DNA of 35,927 nucleotides. Source: Planctomycetota bacterium (lineage in GTDB: Bacteria; Planctomycetota; Phycisphaerae; Sedimentisphaerales; Anaerohalosphaeraceae). The stretch lies in NCBI GenBank assembly GCA_021160785.1, contig JAGHBX010000562.1, positions 1 to 35,927 of the forward strand, read 5' to 3'. The notes beneath the pieces were generated by a model. The model saw nothing but the letters and a program-made list of their open reading frames with translations, was not told where the DNA came from and ran no database searches. Made by a program: the position numbers and the translations under genes. Shown here piece after piece: positions 1 to 6,829 of the stretch; position 1 is the stretch's first letter; each line of letters opens with the position of its first letter.

Positions 1-4
1 ATTT

Positions 5-1030
5 TTGTCTGTTGGAAATATGAGTTCTTTCGGTCAAACCGGTCCAGCATGCAACGGAGTCCGCGTTTTTGAATCGATGGAAATCCCCGAATTCGGCCAT
101 AATGATAAATCCAAGTACTGTACTGATGCCTTTGGGGCTGGTAATGATTGTGAGTCTGTTATTGAGGTGTTCGTTAGCCTTGATAATCAGTCTGACTTCT
201 CTGAGGATAGCGTCTCTCTGTCGTTCACGCTAATAGAATTGCTGGTTGTTATTGCGATTATTGCCCTGCTTTTATCTATCCTGCTGCCGAGCTTGAATTT
301 AGCAAAAGCCAAGGCCATGGAAATTTTTTCCATAGCGAATATGCGTGGGTTGCAAGCTTCGTGGCTTTTGTATGCTAATAACAACGACGATAAAATTGTC
401 GGCGGCAATGTAGGTTATGATACCTCTAGTATACGACCGTATCACTGGGTTCAGCCGTTTTTACCCAGTACAGGCTTGAGCGACCATGAAGCTGAACTTG
501 CCGGGATCAGAAAAGGTGCGTTATGGACTTATGTTGAAAATGAAAAAGCCTATCATAGCCCGGCAGACCGTCAATGGATCAAAGCTAAAGCAACTGCCTA
601 TAACATGTTAATGAGCCCATATCGCAGCTATGCAATCTCAGATGCGATGAATGGCGGCGTTTGGGCTAAACCGGAAGACGGTCTTTGCTATACTAAAACA
701 AACCAAATCCGGACTCCGGCCATGCGGTTCGTATTTGTTGAAGAAGAGGAATTCACCGACGGCGGAAACTGGGGGTCCTGGGTACTTCCAACTCCAGATC
801 CATCATACATGAGTAATCCATACTGGAATGATCCGGTCGCTGTCTGGTATGGGGGCACAGCAACAGCTCTGAGTTTTGCAGACGGTCATGCAGAAAAACA
901 TCTCTGGGCCGAAAAAAGTACAAGGGATATGGAAAATGATCAGAGTTGGCGACAGTATCCAGACCCAGGTGAAGAAGGGATAGATCTCAAGTTTATGATG
1001 AGAGCTTTCCATCATAATTATTTAAGGTGA
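5..1030 (+). CDS. prepilin-type N-terminal methylation-domain protein, DUF1559 / H-X9-DG-like paralog (atypical, start uncertain)
   Basis: 341-aa ORF. The pilin-like hydrophobic helix FTLIELLVVIAIIALLLSILLPSLN sits about 73 aa into the ORF instead of about aa 8. The residue before F is S, not the usual G. The C-terminal VWYGGTATALSFADGHAEKH resembles the H-X9-DG motif but reads Y-X10-DG. It is a paralog of 22072..22953. In-frame start candidates are TTG 5, ATG 20, ATG 77 and GTG 167, none with a convincing SD. Confidence 0.65.
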   Translation: MSVGNMSSFGQTGPACNGVRVFESMEIPEFGHNDKSKYCTDAFGAGNDCESVIEVFVSLDNQSDFSEDSVSLSFTLIELLVVIAIIALLLSILLPSLNLAKAKAMEIFSIANMRGLQASWLLYANNNDDKIVGGNVGYDTSSIRPYHWVQPFLPSTGLSDHEAELAGIRKGALWTYVENEKAYHSPADRQWIKAKATAYNMLMSPYRSYAISDAMNGGVWAKPEDGLCYTKTNQIRTPAMRFVFVEEEEFTDGGNWGSWVLPTPDPSYMSNPYWNDPVAVWYGGTATALSFADGHAEKHLWAEKSTRDMENDQSWRQYPDPGEEGIDLKFMMRAFHHNYLR

Positions 1031-1056
1031 GGTTTAAGGTGTTAGGGACACTATAG

Positions 1057-1137
1057 TTAGTGTTAGGTGTCTGGTATGGGAGTCTCGATGCAGATGAAGT
1101 TTTAGCATTGTACAATGAAGGCAAAGGCCACGCTTAA
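1057..1137 (+). pseudogene. C-terminal relic of a LamG / concanavalin-like lectin-domain gene
   Basis: The frame LVLGVWYGSLDADEVLALYNEGKGHA* is closed upstream by TAG at 1054-1056. GVWYGSLDADEVLALYNEGKGHA matches GIWYRSLDATEVSALYNDGKGLA (30877-30945) of the intact LamG protein at 17 of 23 residues. There is no start codon and no N-terminal part. Confidence 0.55.
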
Positions 1138-1280
1138 CCACTATTCTAAATTTGGAGAGCCCGATGGGTGAAAGATGCAAGGATGCTCTTTGACTCGCTT
1201 TTGACCGAAAAGGGTGAAACAACATAAAAGTTTGCCGTGGGGCTCAAGGATCGGGTGGAAATGATTTACGAGGTGCACAG

Positions 1281-1457
1281 ATGAAAAGGTATATCAAAGT
1301 TATTGTGTTCTTGTCCTTTATGTTAAACTTCCAGAAGGTCGGCGCCTACGAGCTACAGCCGACGTTTACACCGGCCGATGCGTTTTATGGCGATTGTGTC
1401 GGCGTTATGCAAATTGGCGACGTTGAATGTGCCTCGCGTGCGATGGTAAGGCTGTGA
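1281..1457 (+). CDS. hypothetical small secreted protein (58 aa), below the ORF-track cutoff
   Basis: ATG at 1281 is preceded by GAGGTG with a 5-nt spacer. Translation is MKRYIKVIVFLSFMLNFQKVGAYELQPTFTPADAFYGDCVGVMQIGDVECASRAMVRL*, with a signal-peptide-like N-terminus and 2 Cys. I recognise no homology. Confidence 0.3.
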   Translation: MKRYIKVIVFLSFMLNFQKVGAYELQPTFTPADAFYGDCVGVMQIGDVECASRAMVRL

Positions 1458-1481
1458 CTGTTTAGTAAAAAGGGTTCTATC

Positions 1482-2879
1482 ATGGAAGATTTGAAAGTCG
1501 AAGGTTTACGTCAAAACGGCAGCATTGGTTATCTGGTCATGGTTTCAGCGGCAGCGGCTATAGGCGGGCTGTTGTTCGGCTATGATACGGGAGTTATTAA
1601 CGGGTCGCTGGATTTTGTGGTAAGCAAATTCGACCTCAGTGCAAATATGAAGGGCTGGGCGGCATCGAGTGCCTTGCTTGCGTGTATTCCGGGCGCATTG
1701 TTTGCCGGAGCTTTGAGCGACAGACTTGGCCGTAAAAAGGTGCTGATCTTTGCAGCGGCGGCGTTTTTGATCTCTGCGATCGGAACGGCGTTTCCACGCA
1801 ATGTCACGGAGTTTATCATATTTCGCGTGATCGGTGGGTTGGGAGTAGGAGCTGCATCGATGACGTCGCCGATGTATATTGCTGAGATATCGCCTGCGAG
1901 GATACGCGGCAGGATGGTTTCTATTAATCAGTTCGCAATCGTTACTGGTATGCTGGTGGTTTATTTTGTGAACTATTTTATCGGTGGCTTTCATGATGAG
2001 GCGTGGAATACAGACTTTGGCTGGCGATGGATGTTCGGTTCGGAGTCTTTTCCGGCGGCCATTTTGCTTTTTCTGATGTTTTTTGTTCCGGAAACGCCGA
2101 GGTGGCTTGCCAAGCAGGGCAGACATGCTGAAGCCCTCAAGATACTCGCCCATGTTGATGGTGCAGAATACGCAAAACGCGAACTTGCCGACATCGAGAC
2201 TACGGTTTCGCATGAGAGCGGATCGCTGAATCAGTTGTTCCGTCCGGGGATGCGGGTTGTATTGGTTATTGGCATTGTGTTGGCAGTCCTGCAGCAGGTT
2301 ACGGGCATTAACGTGTTCCTGTATTTCGGGAGTGAAATTTTCAAGGATCTTGGCGGTGAGAAGGTGGACGCGGCATTATTACAGCAGGTTTTAGTTGGTG
2401 CCGTCAACCTGATATTTACCATTATCGCGATCTGGACGGTTGATAAGATTGGCCGAAAACCCTTACTTATAATCGGCAGCGCGGGCATGGGCACATCGCT
2501 GTTTGCGATGGGACTTGCCGGGATGTATGAAGCGACGGGGATGTGGATACTTATCTTTGTGCTTGGTTATATTGCATGCTTTGCGCTTTCGCTTGGTCCC
2601 GTTGTGTGGGTCGTGCTATCCGAAATTTTCCCGACCAAGATTCGCGGCAGGGCGATGGCTTTAGCCACATTCTGCCTGTGGCTGTCAAATTCTATCGTGT
2701 CTTATACGTTTGTGATGATGGATGAGAATACGTACCTTATCGAAAAATTCAATCACGGCTTCCCGTTCTTCATCTACGGCGGCTTGTGTGTTGTAACAAT
2801 ACTCTTCGTCTGGCGTTTTGTACCGGAGACCAAGGGCAAATCGCTTGAGGATATCGAAAAAATGTGGGTTAAGAGTTGA
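1482..2879 (+). CDS. MFS sugar porter family transporter (XylE/GalP/IolT-like sugar:H+ symporter)
   Basis: 465 aa and multi-TM. Sugar-porter signatures are present: GRKKVLIFAAAAF, PMYIAEISPARIRG, PETPRWL and PETKGKSLEDIE. SD-like AAAAAGGG lies upstream. Confidence 0.9.
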   Translation: MEDLKVEGLRQNGSIGYLVMVSAAAAIGGLLFGYDTGVINGSLDFVVSKFDLSANMKGWAASSALLACIPGALFAGALSDRLGRKKVLIFAAAAFLISAIGTAFPRNVTEFIIFRVIGGLGVGAASMTSPMYIAEISPARIRGRMVSINQFAIVTGMLVVYFVNYFIGGFHDEAWNTDFGWRWMFGSESFPAAILLFLMFFVPETPRWLAKQGRHAEALKILAHVDGAEYAKRELADIETTVSHESGSLNQLFRPGMRVVLVIGIVLAVLQQVTGINVFLYFGSEIFKDLGGEKVDAALLQQVLVGAVNLIFTIIAIWTVDKIGRKPLLIIGSAGMGTSLFAMGLAGMYEATGMWILIFVLGYIACFALSLGPVVWVVLSEIFPTKIRGRAMALATFCLWLSNSIVSYTFVMMDENTYLIEKFNHGFPFFIYGGLCVVTILFVWRFVPETKGKSLEDIEKMWVKS

Positions 2880-2915
2880 TATGCGGCTCATGTTAATTAG
2901 TCAAGGAAAGAAGTC

Positions 2916-4781
2916 ATGAAAACATTTATAACAGCGTTAACAATTACCATAGCTGCTTGCTTTATTACCGGTTGCTCAACTGAGTATCATGTATCGACAA
3001 CGGGTTTTGATGTGAATCCGGGCACAAAATCAAAGCCTTTCAAGACTATATCGGCAGCTGCGGTTGTGGCACAGCCTGGCGATACTATTATGGTGCATGA
3101 AGGTCTTTACCGCGAACGTATCAACCCGCCTCGCGGTGGTGAGTCTGATAAGAAGCGAATCGTTTACCAGGCGGCTCCGGGTGAGAATGTGACGATCAAA
3201 GGTTCCGAGGTCATTACAGGCTGGAAAAAGCTTGAAAACGATACATGGGAAGTTACCCTTCCCAACAGTTTCTTTGGTGATTTTAATCCATACAGCGACT
3301 TGATATGGGGCGATTGGTTTGGCGAGTTGGGCCGGAAGCATCACACCGGTGCAGTTTATCTTAATGGCCATTGGCTGGATGAGGCGGCCAAGCTGGATGA
3401 TGTACTCAAACCAGCGCCGGCTATACCGCTCTGGTTTGCCAAAGTGGATGATCGGAATACCACAATCTATGGCCAGTTTAAAGGCGTTAAGCCTAACGAA
3501 CAAATAGTGGAAATCAATGTGCGTCAGAGCGTGTTCTATCCGGAGAAGACGGGTCGCAACTACATCACTTTGCGCGGCTTCACACTGGAGCATGCGGCTA
3601 CTCCCTGGGCACCGCCGACGGCTGAACAGATAGGGCTGGTCGGTACGCATTGGAGCAAAGGTTGGATTATTGAAAACAATGTAATCCGTTACTCGAGATG
3701 TGTCGGTGTCGCTTTGGGTAAATATGGCGACGAATGGGACAACAGGGCTGAATCTGCCGAAGGCTATGTTGGGACTATTAATCGCGCCCTGAAGAACGGC
3801 TGGAACAAAAAGAACATAGGCAGTCATATCGTTCGCAATAACCATATTTACAATTGTGAACAGGCCGGTATTGTTGGCAGCCTTGGCTGTGCATTCAGCA
3901 CAATTTACGGGAACACTATCCATGATATCCATGTCCGCAAGCTGTTCAGCGGCGCCGAGATTGCAGGCATCAAGTTCCACGGCGCGGTCGATACCGTCAT
4001 AAGCGACAACCATATTTACCGCTGCTACCGGGGATACTGGCTGGACTGGATGACGCAGGGCGCACGAGTTACAAGGAATCTGTTACATGACAATGAGGCA
4101 GAGGATTTGTTTGTCGAGATGAACCACGGCCCCTTACTGGTGGATCATAACATCTTTCTGTCGCCCATATCAATTATTAGTCGTTCACAAGGCACAGCCT
4201 ATGCACACAACCTGATCACGGGACTAATTTACCCGAATTCCGTAGGCGTGGGGAATGTTCCCGTTGCTGAGGTAGATCCGCGCATCACTCCCTATCACAA
4301 GGCGCATTCGACTGAAATTGCGGGACTGCACAACAATCCGTGCGGTGATGACCGCTGGTACAACAATGTGCTTGTGATGCCTGCTGATTTGGCAAACTAC
4401 GATTTGGCGCAATTGCCAGTGTGGATGAAGGGCAACGTGTTCCTCAAGGGTGCCAGACCCTCCAGGCATGAAGCAGACGCGCTTGTCAAGCCGGGCTTCG
4501 ATCCGCTCGTCAAACTTGTTGACAAGACTGACGGTTTTTACCTCGTTTTTGACGAACTCTGGAGCGACGAACAAAAACGCAGTTTGGTGACCTCCGATCT
4601 GCTCGGCAGTGCGCACATCTCCAAAGTGCGGTTTGAACAACGGGATGGCTCACCGCTTCGACTTAACACCGATTACCTTGGCAATCAACGCAACGAAGAG
4701 AGCCCGGCATCGGGCCCGTTTGAATTACTTGGGGATAATAACAAGACATTCAAAGTTGGGAGATCCGACAACATCATATAA
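2916..4781 (+). CDS. right-handed parallel beta-helix (pectate-lyase fold) protein, probable lipoprotein; putative glycan hydrolase/lyase
   Basis: 621 aa with a lipobox-like IAACFITGC. The N-terminal YHVSTTGFDVNPGTKSKPFKTISAAAVVAQPGDTIMVHEGLYRE is typical of beta-helix caps. NN-x-I repeat turns occur (IENNVI, VRNNHIY, ISDNHIY, VDHNIF). SD is AGGAAAG. Confidence 0.8.
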   Translation: MKTFITALTITIAACFITGCSTEYHVSTTGFDVNPGTKSKPFKTISAAAVVAQPGDTIMVHEGLYRERINPPRGGESDKKRIVYQAAPGENVTIKGSEVITGWKKLENDTWEVTLPNSFFGDFNPYSDLIWGDWFGELGRKHHTGAVYLNGHWLDEAAKLDDVLKPAPAIPLWFAKVDDRNTTIYGQFKGVKPNEQIVEINVRQSVFYPEKTGRNYITLRGFTLEHAATPWAPPTAEQIGLVGTHWSKGWIIENNVIRYSRCVGVALGKYGDEWDNRAESAEGYVGTINRALKNGWNKKNIGSHIVRNNHIYNCEQAGIVGSLGCAFSTIYGNTIHDIHVRKLFSGAEIAGIKFHGAVDTVISDNHIYRCYRGYWLDWMTQGARVTRNLLHDNEAEDLFVEMNHGPLLVDHNIFLSPISIISRSQGTAYAHNLITGLIYPNSVGVGNVPVAEVDPRITPYHKAHSTEIAGLHNNPCGDDRWYNNVLVMPADLANYDLAQLPVWMKGNVFLKGARPSRHEADALVKPGFDPLVKLVDKTDGFYLVFDELWSDEQKRSLVTSDLLGSAHISKVRFEQRDGSPLRLNTDYLGNQRNEESPASGPFELLGDNNKTFKVGRSDNII

Positions 4782-4816
4782 AAGGAGGACATATCATAAA
4801 TACACTGAGATATGGG

Positions 4817-6757
4817 GTGGCGGCAATGTTGCTGTGCGTTTTGTCCGGGTATGCGTCGGCAAAGGAATACCATGTTTCCGTAAACGGGATGGACGGCAGC
4901 TATGGTTCGGTATCGAAGCCGTTCAAAACAATTTCCGCGGCTGCGGCTGTTGCTCAGCCTGGCGATACGATCACCGTTCACGAGGGAATTTACCGGGAGC
5001 AGGTCAGCCCGCCGCGCGGGGGAACGTCCGATGATAACCAAATCGTCTACCAGGCGGCGCCTGGCGAAGCGGTTGAGATCCGTGGTTCCGAGGTTGTGAA
5101 AAACTGGACAAAAGAAGCCGGCGGCGTTTGGAAAACGGAAATCCCGAACACTTTGTTCGGTAAGTTCAATCCGTTTGCCGATGAAGTAAAGGGCGACTGG
5201 TTTAATCCGAGAGGACCGAAGGCCGGCGTCTATAAAGATGGTGAGTGGTTGGATGACATGAAGGAAAATCCGGGTGGACGCAAGCACCACACCGGCTGTG
5301 TCTATCAGGACGGCGAATGGCTGTTTGAAGCGGGAAAAAAAGCGGATCTTTTTGTAGAGGCCGGCCGGTTCGGCGAACAGAAGACCGATAAGGCGTGGTT
5401 TGCTGAGGTGGGCGAAAAAACGACCACCGTTTACGCAACCTTTGGCGGGTCGAATCCAAATGAGAGTCTGACGGAAGTCAATGTTCGGCAGACAGTCTTT
5501 TATCCACGTAAACCGTTTCTAAACTATATCACCGTTCGCGGGTTCAAGATGCGTCACGCAGCACCGCCGTGGGCACCTCCGACTGCGGAACAGATGGGTT
5601 TAATTGGAACGCATTGGAGTAAAGGCTGGATCATAGAAAACAACGAAATCTCGCATTCGATTAATGTCGGTCTGTCGTTGGGTAAATACGGTGACGAATT
5701 TGATAACATTGGTGCGTCCAATGAGGCGTATCTCAACGCTATTGACCGCGCGTATTCGAACGGATGGAACAAAGAGACGATTGGAAGTCATATCATCCGG
5801 AACAACGAAATTTTCTATTGCGAGCAGGCCGGTATCGTGGGGAGTATGGGTGCATCTTACAGCAAGATCATCGGTAATCATATTCACCACATTTATAGCC
5901 AGCGCCGATTCACTGGCGCCGAAATGGCGGCGATTAAATTCCACGCGTCGATCGATATGGTGATTGAAGGCAACTGCATTCATGACGCATTTTTGGCTAT
6001 TTGGCTCGACTGGATGGCGCAGGGTCCACGCGTAAGCCGAAACCTGCTTTATCGTAACATCTGTCACGATTTGTATTTTGAAGTGAATCACGGACCATAT
6101 CTCGTTGATAACAACATCTGCCTTTCAGAAACTAATCGTCACCTTTCGCAGGGCGGTGCATTTGTTCATAACTTTTTCGCCTGTAAGTGGGGTAACTGGG
6201 CGGATAGTCGCCAAACACCGTATTTTAAAGCCCACACGACGGAGAAGATTGCGGACCACAACCTGAAAGTCGGTGATGACCGTTTCTACAACAATGTATT
6301 TATCGGAAATGGCGCAAAAGATTCGCTTATCGTGGTAAATGAACATCCAACCATTCCGTACTATTTCAGTTTTGGGCTGCGCTGCTATGAAAAGCGTCCG
6401 CGATTACCGGAAACGGGTGGTAATTTTTATTACCATGGGGCAGAACCTTGCGCGAACGAAAAAGCGGTAGTTGTTGCGGATAATCCGCAAATAAAACTGA
6501 CCGAAGAAGAGGACGGTGTTTATTTGGAGTACACCGTCAGCCCGAAACAGAAGGAAGGAAAAACAGAGCTTGTGACCACCGAATTGCTCGGGAAAGCGCA
6601 AGTGCCCCGGCAGGAGTTCACTCATCCGGACGGAAGCCCGTTGAAGATCGATACCGATTATTTCGGCAAAAAACGGAACCTGAACAACCCGTCATCCGGA
6701 CCGTTTGAAAATCCCGGAACTGGAAGAGTCACGCTTAAAGTCTGGCCCGTAAAATAG
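4817..6757 (+). CDS. right-handed parallel beta-helix protein, tandem paralog of 2916..4781
   Basis: 646 aa and collinear with the upstream gene (EYHVS..PFKTISAAAAVAQPGDTITVHEGIYRE, PPWAPPTAEQMGLIGTHWSKGWIIENN, NHGPYLVDNN). The track start GTG 4817 has no good SD. A strong AAAGGAGG at 4781-4788 sits 5-8 nt before in-frame ATC 4793 and ATA 4796, so the true start may lie upstream. Confidence 0.8.
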   Translation: MAAMLLCVLSGYASAKEYHVSVNGMDGSYGSVSKPFKTISAAAAVAQPGDTITVHEGIYREQVSPPRGGTSDDNQIVYQAAPGEAVEIRGSEVVKNWTKEAGGVWKTEIPNTLFGKFNPFADEVKGDWFNPRGPKAGVYKDGEWLDDMKENPGGRKHHTGCVYQDGEWLFEAGKKADLFVEAGRFGEQKTDKAWFAEVGEKTTTVYATFGGSNPNESLTEVNVRQTVFYPRKPFLNYITVRGFKMRHAAPPWAPPTAEQMGLIGTHWSKGWIIENNEISHSINVGLSLGKYGDEFDNIGASNEAYLNAIDRAYSNGWNKETIGSHIIRNNEIFYCEQAGIVGSMGASYSKIIGNHIHHIYSQRRFTGAEMAAIKFHASIDMVIEGNCIHDAFLAIWLDWMAQGPRVSRNLLYRNICHDLYFEVNHGPYLVDNNICLSETNRHLSQGGAFVHNFFACKWGNWADSRQTPYFKAHTTEKIADHNLKVGDDRFYNNVFIGNGAKDSLIVVNEHPTIPYYFSFGLRCYEKRPRLPETGGNFYYHGAEPCANEKAVVVADNPQIKLTEEEDGVYLEYTVSPKQKEGKTELVTTELLGKAQVPRQEFTHPDGSPLKIDTDYFGKKRNLNNPSSGPFENPGTGRVTLKVWPVK

Positions 6758-6829
6758 AGAAGACTTGGTCAGGATATCGCTTACTCACCCAGACTTCCAA
6801 AATATTTGTAATTTATAGAAAGGTTAATT

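Noticed and set aside
1166-1261. GGGTGAAA (1166, 1212) and GGGTGGAAA (1253) spaced 41-46 nt apart, plus two TTGAC boxes (1190, 1201) upstream of the small ORF and MFS gene; considered as regulator sites or a riboswitch
   Set aside because: The repeats are only 8-mers and one is imperfect. I could derive no convincing secondary structure or known riboswitch core. Chance occurrence is not excluded.
3030-4013. Long antisense ORFs: 3030..4013 (327 aa), 1545..2213 (222 aa), 5600..6091, 7031..7675, 10379..10987, 11502..12017, 13692..14420 and 31620..32240, all on the - strand
   Set aside because: Each lies entirely inside a + strand gene that has clear family motifs. Their translations are low-complexity or Arg/Ser/Cys-rich with no recognisable domains and no SD context. 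They are typical shadow ORFs.
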